Positions 22,521-34,162 of a stretch of DNA of 64,000 bases are shown in pieces. The position numbers were made by a program, and so were the translations under genes. The notes beneath the pieces are model-generated. The model made no database searches and had not been told where the DNA came from. It saw only the letters and a list, made by a program, of their open reading frames with translations. Every line of letters starts with the position of its first letter. Within the stretch, counting starts at the first letter, position 1. Location: positions 186,001-250,000 of the forward strand of contig JBBPEE010000035.1 of NCBI GenBank assembly GCA_039096935.1. The letters are read 5' to 3'. Source of the stretch: Blastocystis sp. ATCC 50177/Nand II. Taxonomy: Eukaryota.

Positions 22521-22821
22521 GGGGAAGAGAAAGAACGGTTGTGGCAATTCAAAAGTGGAGTTGACAAAGGGCCGGCTTGATTCAACTGCAGCAATGTATT
22601 GGCTGTATGGACACTCCCCAATACCGAAAGGAATGGCTGGAGTCCGCTGTGATCATTGGAAAGGAACGGTCTTTTGTGAGGGCAAGTGCTTTCGCTTTAG
22701 GAGTGGATGACCATGCAATAGGGGATGTCAGGAAGAAAACGAGAACCATCACTCAGTCGATTCGATTTCTTGGGCTATCCCACATCACTCGTCAAGCTCA
22801 AAAGTGTTTCCGGAGTGATCA

Positions 22822-24908
22822 ATGTCGGGTATTCACCACCCAGTGCTGCTTTAGCATCTAGACTCGGATAATCTATACGACGTTAGCGTTCTGATCGAAG
22901 ATCTGCGTAATGATCAAACGGCTGTTCGTGTAGCTGCCATGAGAAGACTTACGGAGATCGGTATTACCCTTTCTTCAATAGTCAAGCCTAGCCAGTATTT
23001 TGGGAGCGGAGAGGACTCGTGACGAACTCATTCCCTATCTTTTCGGTGCGAATCCAGCAGCTGCGATTTTACTCTATAGAACTGATCGACAGTGATGATG
23101 AAGTGCTGGTGGTGATGGCAGAGCAGTTGGGTATGTGTATTGTCTTTTAATCACGACACAGGCAGTTTCCTGCCGTTGGTGGGCGGATCGGAGTATACAG
23201 AGTGCGTGTTAGATGTCCTTGAGAAGCTGTGCACAATGCAGGAAGTTACCGTCCGTGAGGCGGTAATGACGGATGAGATGCTTTAGCGTAGGCGACGAAG
23301 TCGATTCTCAAGCTTTGCGATGTCCTCACCCCCGAAGAAATCAACGAATATATCACAGCCGCGGCGATCCGCATGCACAACGGAGAGTGGTTTACGTCAC
23401 GGTCTGGGCGGTCTTGTGTGATGATGTGCAGCATCTGTGTGTGCTCTCTTCTGCCGATCCTTTACAAAGTCAAACTCGCTACCGGAGATTACGACACCGT
23501 GATTGAGATGTATGACGAACTCTGCAAGGACAGCATGCCGATGATTCGAAAGGCCGCCATTTCTGTCATTCCCGATTTCATCAAGGTGATGGACGTATTT
23601 CTTCCTTGCGAGAGTGATGGATAGAAGGAGAGCTGCAAGGTCATTCTCGTGCGCGATCTGTACTTACTGGTGCGCGATGATCAGGACTCCGTGCGGATCT
23701 GTGCAAACGGCAGCTGCGTGGCGCTGGCGTCCGTTCTTTCCGAGCAGGATCGTGTGACGCTGATTTTGCCCCTATTTCTGGAACTGGCCAGCGACAACAG
23801 CTGGCGTGTGCGTTTCACAACTGTGACGGAAATCGGGGTGATTTGCGACTTATTCTCCAAAGAGATCGTGGAAACGAAACTCCTTCCCGAATTCTTGCAT
23901 CTGCTCCAGGACCCGGAAGTGGAGGTGCGTACGGCAGCGGCGAGCTCTCTCAGCACGATCTGCAAGTATTTGAGCGTGAGAGCCATCGTGGAGAAGGTGC
24001 TGACTCTTCTTACGGATTTGAGCAACGACCCGTGCGAACACGTGCGCATCGGTTTGGCGGGAGATTTCTTGAGTGAGGAAACGTCGATTGACTGATTGAC
24101 AGAATTATGCCCGATTTTGGGAACGGAGGCAACCGAGAAATACCTGCTTCCCACCTACACGCACCTGCTGGTGGACAGCAACACGAAGGTGCGTCTGAAC
24201 ATCGTATCGGACTTCGAGCTGATCAAGAACGTAACGCCCCCCGCGGGACCTGAGGGCTAGGTGATGTCTCCAGAGCAGCTGAACGGGAACCTCCTGCCGG
24301 CGCTGATCGCACTGAAGAGCGATACGGAGTGGCGTGTGCGTCAGACGCTGCTGCTGTACATCCCGCGGTTATGCCATCAGCTGGGGCGGGAGGCGCTGTA
24401 CAAGGAGCTACGGCGCATCTTGCTGGAGTGGGCGTGGGTAGTATGCATTACAAATAGCTACATGACGGACGAGGTGGCGGCGATCCGCGAGAGCGCTGTG
24501 GATGTGCTGGTAAAGGTGCTCACGCTGTATGGCGAGGACTTCGCGGAGGATACGGTGCTGCCCACGGCGGAAGACTTGCTGCATCACGAGAAGTATGTGC
24601 TGCGCGTGACGGGAGTGCACATCCTGGCGGTGAGGGAGGAGCGGGAGAGTGAGGCGTAGAAGGCGGGGGTGCAGATGGGGGAGGAGATGGTGGATTCCAG
24701 GGTGATTCCGCTCTTCCAGGTGGTGGAGGACGACAGTGTGGCAAACATCCGTCTGAATGTGGCGAAGGCGATGAAGGAGCTGAAGGACAAGTTCTCCGCG
24801 GAGAAGAAGGAATCCTTCATGATGCCGCTTCTGATGAAGTATGTGAAGGACCCCGACCGCGACGTGCGCTATTTTGCACAGGTCGCGCTGGACAGTGTGC
24901 ATTCCTAG
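22822..24908 (+). CDS. PPP2R1: protein phosphatase 2A scaffold A subunit (HEAT repeats), spliced
   Basis: LIEDLRND, ERTRDELIPYL, DSMPMIRKAA, DDQDSVR, DNSWRVR, DSVANIRLNVAK, DPDRDVRYFA. Confidence 0.93.
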
Positions 24909-24961
24909 CGTGTTTGTTGATCGAATCAGTTGTTTGTTCACTTGAAAAGAACAACCTCCCA

Positions 24962-25427
24962 ATGGCCTATTTCCTCCCTCATCTGCACTCCGCCTACGCC
25001 GTGGACTGCGCCATCCAGGATGAAACCGAAAAGCTCGTTGTGATCCGCTTTGGACACGACTATGATCGGGAATGCATGCTTGTAGGCAATTCTTCCCATC
25101 AACGGTGCTAACACCTAGCAAGACGAAACCCTTATGAAAATCGCCGACCTGGTGAAGAACTTCGTCGTCATTTATCTGGTGGATATCACGGAAGTGCCGG
25201 AGTTCAACGCCATGTACGAGCTCTACGATGCCTGCACCACCATGTTCTTTTTCCGGAACAAGCACATGATGATTGATCTCGGAACGGGCAACAACAACAA
25301 GATCAACTGGCCGCTGACCAACAAGGACGAGATGATCGCCATCATGGAGACCATCTATCGTGGCGCCATCAAGGGACGTGGTATCGTGGTGTCTCCGTTC
25401 GACTACTCCACTCGGAACAAGTTTTAA
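24962..25427 (+). CDS. TXNL4A: U5 snRNP thioredoxin-like protein Dim1
   Basis: MAYFLPHLHSAYAVD..VVIRFGHD, MYELYD..MFFFRNKHMMIDLGTGNNNKINW, SPFDYST; one intron. Confidence 0.97.
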
Positions 25428-25673
25428 GTCTCCTTTCCTCTATGGCTTCTTTGTTGCGCGGAAACAGTTTATTCTCATTGATTATAAGTGTTGTACCATT
25501 CCTGATCATCCATCAATGATCTGCACGTGAAGAGCCGGAAACACGAATACACCACAGGATCCCAGCAAAACCATGCATAGGGACTACTCTCCCTCCAGTG
25601 ACCGTATCCATGGGGACACAACTCCGTTTGTGCTCCGCAGAAAAAGAAAACACGACAGGCGTTCTATAAGAAA

Positions 25674-28043
25674 ATGCAATCCGATTCTTCAACTCAGGTG
25701 GGAATTACGTCCTCTAGGGATAATACACAGGCAGACATCGAAATGAAGAATATCGCCCCAGCTGAGTTCTTTCTGTGCGGAAATTGGCTCATCGCGTAGT
25801 GAAGAACTTCCTACGATCCCCGAGGAGAGCACCAGCTCGGATATGCGCTCCGACATTCCTGCGATTGCGTTCCCCCAGAATACGAAGGCCGGAAGTGCTG
25901 TTATTGCATGAAAGCGGAATCACATGCTAGTCATCGACTTCGATTGGGAAGAATCTCAGCCGTTCTCAGAGGTGACAGTTGTCGCTCATACTTGAGGAGT
26001 AGCAGCTTCTACGGCTTGGGAGCGCGTCAGTCCTCTGTGCTGGGCGAAGACCCTCTGTTCAGCGATCATGATCCCGTGGCGCTGATCGGCATTGCTAGAC
26101 AGGGAACGATGGGTCACACCCTCTCCTCTTCCCGCCTGGCCAAAACCCTCACCACCATCACGGAACGTGCATTCCCTTTGTGTTCCTCATCCCTAGCGCA
26201 GGTTCCCGTTGGCATTCCCTTCATCAAGCGACTGACGTCTCCCGCCGCAATCGGTGCCCTCATCGGCACTCTCCTTGCCATCATCGTCATGTTCATTCCC
26301 CTCGATCCGGAGAACAAGCTCATTCAGCGCTGCGCCGGTGTTCTGATTATCATGGGTACACTCTCTCCCCCTCTTCATGACGGTAGCCACATTCTGGATT
26401 AGCGAAGTGGTTCCTCTCTCCGTGACGGCTCTGTTCCCTCTGGTGCTGTTCCCGCTGCTCAATATTGCCAAGGCAAAGGACGTTGCTACACAGTACTTTA
26501 ACGATGGTTGGAATTCGTGGGATCCCTCACCGCTAGTCATCTTCCTGTTCTTTGCCGGCTTCTTGATGTCTCTGGCCATGGAGAAGTGGCACCTCGACAT
26601 GCGCATCGCATTGTCCATCATGAAGTTCTTCTCCAAGCCCAGCTCCATGCTGTTTGGAATCATGCTGGTTTCTGCTTTCCTCTCCATTTTCGTCAGTAAC
26701 ACGGGTAGGACCGGAATCGTGCCGATTACGCGTAGCCGCCGCTGTGATGATGGTGAACACCTGCAAGGCCCTCGTCGAATCGTTGGAAACGCGTTTCGGC
26801 AAGAAGAAGGTGGCTGGGTTTGCCAAATCCATCTTCCTCGGAATCGCGTCGGTTTTTGTCCCCTTCTTCATTCTAGCTTCGCCACGGCCATCGGCGGCAT
26901 TCCCACGCTGATCAGCTCGCCTCCCAACATGATCTTCCTGAAGGACTTCAAGGAGCGGTTCACCGCCGAGGGCACGCCGATGCTCTCCTTCAGCAACTGG
27001 CTGATCGCTACCCTGCCTAGTGGGTGCCGCCCACGGGCCTGAGGCGTAGTGAGTCTGGTGCTGCTGGTGTGCGCCTGGGGCATCCTGTGCTTCATGTACT
27101 GTCCGTCCTCGCGTCAGCTGAAGATCGACCGCACCTACTGCATCGAGGAGTGAGAGTGACCCGTGCGGCTCAGGCGCAGGCACAAGAAGCTCGGCAAGAT
27201 GAGCTACGAGGAGATCGTCGTCGCGCTCGGCTTCGTGGCGCTGTCGCTGCTCTGGCTGTTCCGCGCCGATCTCGCCTTCGGCAGCAGCTTCAGAATCCCG
27301 GGTATTTCTGGCACCGCGAGTCGAGCGTAGGCTGGGCGAATCTGTTCGAGGGCGGCTCCAGCGCCATCTCGGATTCCACCGTGGGCATGTTCGTCGTTTT
27401 AGTGCTGTTCTTCGTGCCCACCAAGAAAGCAATCAAGGGCGAGCCCATCGACAACCCTGACGACTGTGCGGATTTTCCGCCAACCTGACCCGTAGCCTTC
27501 ATTCTCACCTGGGGCACCGCCAAGCGCCTGCCGTGGGACCTGATCCTGCTGTTCGGCGGCGGCTTCGCGCTGGCGCTGGGCTCGGAGACGAGCGGACTCA
27601 CCACGTGGATCGGCAACAAGATGAAACTGCTTCAGGGCATGAACATCGTGAGAGTGAGCCGTGTGCGTGAGGCGTAGTATGTGGTGGTGCTGATCATGTC
27701 GGTGGCTATGGTCATCATCGGCGTGTTCACCTCCAACACCGCCTGCGCCACCATCATGATCCCCGTCGTCACGGGCGTGGCGCTGCAGTCCGGCTTCAAC
27801 CCGCTGACGCTCCTGTTCCCCGTGACCTGCTGTTGCAGTGTGGCCTTCCTTCTGCCCTCCTCCACGCCGCCCAACCTCATCGCCTACACCTCCAACACAT
27901 TCACCACCAGCAACCTCCTTGTCTCGGGAGCCATCCTCAGCATCATCTGCATTATCCTCTTCGAGATCAACACCTTCACCATCTTCCCGTGGGTGATTGG
28001 GTACGATCCTATGGAGTTCCCGGAGTGGGCCAAGGCTGCGTAG
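25674..28043 (+). CDS. SLC13/DASS sodium:dicarboxylate(sulfate) symporter, many introns
   Basis: FWISEVVPLSVTALFP, MEKWHLDMRIAL, SNT motifs, ISSPPN, LPWDLILLFGGGFALA, AFLLPSSTPPN; start exon tentative. Confidence 0.9.
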
Positions 28044-28081
28044 TCTGTTTGTTTCACACGCTGCTTTCATTCTTTCTTCCA

Positions 28082-30286
28082 ATGGCCCCCTTTCTCGTGT
28101 TGCTACAACCGGATTGCATTCTTATCCGCGAAAAGAAGAGTAGGAAAGTGTCTACTTCGCTCATTCTGTAGTTGGCCAGCACTACATCTCCCTTTCAAAT
28201 GACCATGAAAAGCTGCACATCGAGAAGGTTGAGAGTGCATCGGTTCACACAACTCACTCTTTCGAGAGTGCCGGCATTCTGGGAGTGTACGAGCTCTCGC
28301 ACGGTGACGGTATGGAGAGTGTGTGATACACAGCCCTGTTCGTCGCATTCATCACGCAGAGTGAAGTCATTGGCTTTGGCGTGACGGATAATCCCATCTA
28401 CAAGGTGCTCCCACTCTCTCCTTTTGAGTGTAGATATCGGACGTCCGATTTGTGATGGTTCCTCCATCACGCGATTCAGTCGTGAATACGAAGTACATTT
28501 CCATGATTCAAGAGGCCTACCGCTCCATGAGCATGTACTACTCCTATACGGATGATCTGACATGCCGTCTCCAGGGTTCTCCCCATTCGCATCCTTTCAC
28601 GTAGATTCCAAGTGCAAGCCCCTAACGGAGGAGCAGCATCAGTTTCCAACTCCGACGAAGCCTCACTTTATGGTTCCTCTCCCTCATCCGCCTCATTCGC
28701 AGTTCAATCAGCCTCTGATTCAGGCGTTCGTTCCTTTCAAATCCATGCTGTTCCCTGACCTCATTCCCATCGTCATCTTCGGGTTCATCAAGATCATTCC
28801 CTCCATCACCATTCGCAAGCTCTCCTTCTCTCTCACCCTCATCTCCCGTCGCAGCATCTACCGCAACGGCCGCCGCTTCAACACGCGCGGCGCCGACGCG
28901 AAGGGCCACGTCGCCAACTTCGTCGAGTCGGAGCAGATTATCCGCCAGGACACGGGCCTGGTGGCTTCCTTCGTGCAGGTCGTGCTGTCATCACTCGCTC
29001 ATGGTCAGATCCGTGGCAGCATCCCGCTGGAGTGGCGCCAGACCCCCACGCTGAAGTACACGCCGAAGATCGCCGTGGCGAAGGTGGCTATGATGTGGAG
29101 GTGTGATGGACAGAACCCAGAGACCTTGTCACGTCACTTCGACGCGCTGGTGCGAGAGTACGGGCGTGTGACGGTGGTGAACCTGATCGACAAGAAGAAG
29201 GACCAACTGATGATCGGCGAGGCGTTCGAGCGCGGGTGCATGGAATAGTGCGCGTGCGGATGATGCGTCAGGCGTAGCAACAAAGCGCAGAACAACGTGG
29301 ATTTCTTCTGGTTCGACTTCCACGCGGAGTGTAAGAAGATGCACTATGAGAACCTGGAGAAGCTGATGAGTTTGACGGAGCAGTGCTTCCAAAACGGCGG
29401 GTTGGCTTCGTTCGGGGTTTTCACCTGCAGGTCCTTCGCCATGAACCTGAAGACGCGTCAGCTGCTCGGGCTCCAAACCGCGGTACTCCGCACGAACTGC
29501 ATCGACTGTCTGGATCGTAGGGGTGTGATGGTCACCTCACCCGCAGGCACCAACGTAGTTCAGAGTTTATACGCGAAGCACATGCTCTTCTCGCAGCTGT
29601 TCGGCGACGACGGCGAGGCGGTGCTGGCGGAGTGCTTGTGAGTGCCAAGCAGAGAACTCACACGCAGCGACGGACCGGTGAAGCACGAGATCTTCACGGT
29701 GTTCAACGGCCTCTGGAGCGACAATGCAGACCAGATGTCACTGCTGTACAGCAGCTCGCGCAGTCTGAAGACGGACTTCACGCGGTGCCGGTTGGCGGGA
29801 AATATAACTCGTAGCACGGGCAAGCGAACCACGCGCGGCGCGATCGACGACGGTGTGAACAGCGTGATTCGCTACTTCAACAACAACTTCTGCGACGGGT
29901 ACTTCGAGGACTGCCTAAACCTGGCGTTCGCGCGCGTGGAGATGGGCGAGGCAGCGGACCGTCGCGTGGTCAAGGAGAAGAAATGCACTTTCGTGCGCAC
30001 CAATTTGGGGTGTGAGGAATAGGGGTCGTTTTTGTGCGTGGTGGTGCTGCCGGTGATTCTTCTCTTCTTTGGCATCAGCTACGTTCTGTTTCCTCGTGGT
30101 TGGAGGAAGGAAGGGTGAAGAGTAGATCATCGGCGATTCGCATTCTCAACGCTGTCCTCTTTGTATTTGGGAATCATCGGCTATCTGTTCGTCGAGAAGG
30201 GAACGAGCTTCGGAAGGACGTTTGTCAGCCGGGTGGGTGTTGTGCGGAAGAGTGACGATTAGGCGATGTTGCCGCTGAAGGAGTGA
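28082..30286 (+). CDS. SAC1: Sac1 phosphoinositide phosphatase
   Basis: LISRRS..RNGRRFNTRGAD.KGHVANFVESEQ, IRGSIPL.W.Q, catalytic RTNCIDCLDR(TN), two C-terminal TM segments. Confidence 0.93.
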
Positions 30287-30311
30287 GCGTGTGTTTGTTG
30301 CGAAACAGAGG

Positions 30312-32197
30312 TACCACCAACCACTAAACCACCCCTTCTTCTCCTCCACCTTCACACGCGAGTCCATCTTCGGGTAATTCACCCAATCGGCGTAGAGGTC
30401 GAAGAAGAGCGGCTTGCACGTCGACGCGTGCATCGGCACAGGGATGCTGATCACATCGTACTGTCCCTTCGCGTTCGGCACCACTCTCTCGTCCAAATGC
30501 TCATTCAGGCTTCCTCTCATCGCTCCTCCCTCCTTCTGAGAAGAGGCCGCCAGCACCGCCTCCGCCTTGATTCTGCAGCTCAGCATCTCCACCTCCTTCT
30601 TCATTCCCAGATCGATCGCCAATTGCACCACCTCCTCCTCCTTCTCGTCAAAGAGCGACACGGCAGGATCGGCTCCCTCAAGCTCCTCCAGAATCTGGTT
30701 CGCAAACAGGCACAGCGTCGCCGCATAATCAAATCGCTGATTCTGCAAATAGCTGTGTATAACCGCGGAAACTCACAACTCACCTCTCGGCGGCATAATA
30801 GGCGCGGATGGCACGGTAGAACAGATGGAGGGAATCCACGGCATTCTCCAAAACGCCCGCCGATTCCTTCTGCTCCTCCGTCACGCCCTCCGGCAGGTTC
30901 AGATTCAGCTCATTCAGCGTCTCGAGGTCCTCGATCACGTTGGACACCCTATTCCTCACACCTCTATTCGATCACCACAATGCGATCACATTGTTCACAT
31001 TCACCTGCTTTCCCTCCTTCAGCTCCGCGATCACATTCTGCACCAGGAACACGTTCCTCTCCACGCTGCGGCGCTGCTTGAAGAACTTCTCCAGCGTGAA
31101 CAGAAACTGCGCGTCGCGAAGAAGCGAAGAATTGTTCGACTTTGACAGCTTGTCCTTCTCGATGCTCAGCAGGCGCAGGCAGCGGTCGTACGCCTCGAAC
31201 ACCGACGCGAAGCAGGACAGCATGCCCTCGGAGTCCGTTTGAGAGTGCTGATGCAGCGATGATTCCGCATCGCGGCAGGCAAGCAGCGCCAGACGCAGAT
31301 CGTCATTGTCAATCGTCACGAACACGCCGCGATAGCTCACCACGCGCATGGTTTCCTTGTTCTGGAGTTGCTCCTGATGAAGCAGATTCGCCAGCTTCGA
31401 GTTCAGCAACTCGGCGGAAGCGTCTATGGTGAATGAGAGGATGCATAAAAACCCGAAGACGCAATCATGGAGAGGAGATTGTCCGCATTCTTGCCCTCGC
31501 TCCGCTTCAGATTGTATTCGCAGTAGCGCAGCATCGGCTGCAATTCCGTCAGGCGGATGGTGAACAGCTCGCGGTTGGAGGACGATCCGATTTGCGTCAG
31601 CGACTCGAAGATCTTCTTCGCGCGTAAGAAGTGCTCCAGCGCCAGCGCCTATGCGTCACCATTGAATGAATTGAATTACGTAGTTGCCACATTCCATTCC
31701 CTCATTTCCCTTCATGAAGTAGAAATAGGCGTCGCTTTCCAGCGCGGTGCGCTCGTCGCACAGCTGGTGGCACAGATCCATCAGCATCTTCGACCACGCG
31801 CTCGCCTTCTTGATACGACCCAGCAGATGGAAGTGAATGCGGTTGTTCCGCGTGTCGTTCATGATCTCCTTCAGCTCGCTAGCATACGCCCACGCGCGTT
31901 CTGCATTGAGAAGGGGATAAAATAGAGCGTTGGCGTCTTTCACGTTGGCCACGCCAAACTCCATCTTCTCGTACAATTTGCCCTTTTTGTTCAAGAATCC
32001 GATTCGTTTGCGAATTCGCTGCAGCTTCACGCAGCAGAATCGACGATATCGCTCATAGTCGTTTTGACGCATTCCATTTTGCAGCTGCCACGACCGAATC
32101 TCCTGGAAGACTAAATGAAATGACGGGCGGGCGAATGGCACTCACTCGGGAGGGAATAGTTGCGATTCTCGATGCCTTGCGACGGTACTTCCTCCAT
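30312..32197 (-). CDS. SRP68: signal recognition particle subunit SRP68; stop probably poly(A)-generated
   Basis: QNGMRQNDYERYRRFC, LNAERAWAYA, RIKKASAW, CKPLFFDL..V.YP, C-terminal KKGWFSGWW followed by TA|CCTC|TGTTTCGC. Confidence 0.9.
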
Positions 32198-32376
32198 CGT
32201 CTAGAGAAGTAAGAGAGTCCGAAGAGAATGGAAGAAATGACACTCTGAAAGAAGGCGCAGAAACGGTTATTCCTCGCTTCGGGCGGGCATCCCAGAATGC
32301 CACGCTTCTCAGAAATCGCTTGATTGTCTGGGGCGTATGCATTCTTGTTTCACTGTCTGACATTCTAGCGTCTCAC

Positions 32377-32493
32377 ATGCAAGATTTGGATAAGCAACTT
32401 GTCTTCTACTGCAACATCCTCGGATACGTGCTTTTCTTGTTAATCATTTGCTACTTCTACCTGACGTCGAAGCCGAAGGACGGCGTTGAGTAA
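32377..32493 (+). CDS. OST4: oligosaccharyltransferase subunit 4 (38-aa microprotein, below the ORF-track cutoff)
   Basis: MQDLDKQLVFYCNILGYVLFLLIICYFYLTSKPKDGVE matches the OST4 pattern D.QL...N.LG..LF.L...Y.Y. Confidence 0.85.
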   Translation: MQDLDKQLVFYCNILGYVLFLLIICYFYLTSKPKDGVE

Positions 32494-32564
32494 TTCTGTG
32501 TACCATGTTCTGTGATCTGTTTCCAACAAACCCAAGAGCAAATCCTTCGAACTCCCATTCTCCC

Positions 32565-33536
32565 TTACATCGACTTCACCTCCCACACACGAATCACGTT
32601 ATCGGTGTAGCCAGTGAACAGAGAAGCGCCATCCATCGACCAGCACAGGCACGTGCACGAGGGCATCGTTCCCTTCTTGCCCATCTTCGGGAACTCGGGA
32701 GCCACGCTCGCCACCTTCTCCTTCTTCTCCAGGTCGTAGATCACGATCTCCTTCGTCGTCGCCACGGCGATCCAGTAGTTCGCGGGAGAGAACGCCACGT
32801 CCGTCACCTCCTCCTCGAAGTTCTCGCGGAACTGCTCCATGCCCGTCGCCAGGTCCCAGATCATCACGAAACCGTCCTTGCCCGCCGACGCGCACAGCGA
32901 ACCGTCCGGAGACACCACCACCTTGTTCACCACCTGCGTGTGCGCCACCAGGTTGTACTCCACCTTCATATTCTCCAGGTTCCACACCTTCACCACCTTG
33001 TCGAAGCCGCACGACACGATGCGGGGCTTCTCCATGTTCGGCACGAAGCGCACGCAGCTCACCCAGTCGTTGTGGCCCTGCTTGTCCAGCGTGAACTGGC
33101 ACTCGCCCAGCGTGTTCCACAGCTTGATCGTACGGTCACGGCCGCAGGACATGATCAGACGGTTGTCGGGGCTGAAGCACACCGACAGCACGTCCTTCGA
33201 GTGGCCGGACAGCGTCTTCTCGCACATGCCCGTCGCCACGTTCCACAGACGCACGCTGTGGTCCCAGGAGGCGGTCAGAGCGTACTGACCATCGTAGGAC
33301 AGACTCACGTCCTGAACGATGTGAGAGTGACCCTCGAAGGACTTGACGGGCGTGCCGCAAGACATAACGAGCGTGGGATCGTCGATGGGATCACCCGCGT
33401 GCAGCTTCCACACGAGGCAAGTGTGATCGCGAGAAGAAGAGACGAGCGTATCCGCATCGACGGGGGAAGCGGCGAGCGAAGTGACCCATCCATTGTGGCC
33501 CTTGAGGCATCCACGAAGAGTTACTTGAGCAGACAT
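32565..33536 (-). CDS. RACK1: RACK1 (WD40 ribosome-associated scaffold)
   Basis: LRGCLKGHNGWVTSLA, GHSHIVQDV, SPDNRLIMS, VSPDGSLCASAGKDG, LFTGYTDNVIRVW; probable 5'UTR intron ending TGTAG just before the ATG. Confidence 0.97.
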   Translation of the reverse strand: MSAQVTLRGCLKGHNGWVTSLAASPVDADTLVSSSRDHTCLVWKLHAGDPIDDPTLVMSCGTPVKSFEGHSHIVQDVSLSYDGQYALTASWDHSVRLWNVATGMCEKTLSGHSKDVLSVCFSPDNRLIMSCGRDRTIKLWNTLGECQFTLDKQGHNDWVSCVRFVPNMEKPRIVSCGFDKVVKVWNLENMKVEYNLVAHTQVVNKVVVSPDGSLCASAGKDGFVMIWDLATGMEQFRENFEEEVTDVAFSPANYWIAVATTKEIVIYDLEKKEKVASVAPEFPKMGKKGTMPSCTCLCWSMDGASLFTGYTDNVIRVWEVKSM

Positions 33537-34162
33537 TTCCTACAAAACAGGGGTGAGCGAATTGCATGGTGCAAAAGGATGGGGTTGCATGGAAGTATGT
33601 AACCTACAAAAGGAGTGTCGAAGGTTCAAACCGATTAAGAGAACCAAGCAGGAAGAATGAAACCGTGTGTTTTTGGTGAAGGGGTGGATTATGCTTGAAG
33701 AGAATAATGGGGAACCGTAGTGTTGAGGAAAGGGGAGTGGAATGGGGAATGGATGGTGGGGCAAGGGGGATGGAGGAGTTTGGAAGAGAATGGGGATGGG
33801 GTTGGAGAAGAAGGGTGGGGTGGGATTGAGGTGTGGGTAGTTGTTCAGAGAGCATTGATTTGGAGTGAGAGAATGGGAAGGGATGGAGAACAGGAGGGGA
33901 GTACCAATAGTGGATATGGGCCCTAATGGGTAGTGAAGGTTGGGGTGAAGAATGCATGTTTAGGGGCGTGATGGAGAAGAAGTTGTATTTCAGTGGGATG
34001 GAGTTGGTTTGGGGAGGGGAGTGGTGGGATGTTATGGGTAGGGGAGGGTGTAGGTGATAGTGAGTTTGGTGGGAATGAAGGGAGATGGGAAAGGAATGCT
34101 TGATGAAAGAAACAGGGGTGACAAGAGAGCAAGGAAAAGACCAAAAGAATTATGACAAAAGA

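Noticed and set aside
25500..25625. Possible intergenic H/ACA snoRNA (ACAGGA, CCATG..CATGG stem, ACA)
   Set aside because: First hairpin weak and no two-sided pseudouridylation pocket; not supportable without a covariance search.
33600..34160. G/purine-rich stretch with short ORFs upstream of RACK1
   Set aside because: Low-complexity intergenic sequence; no repeat unit or credible protein.
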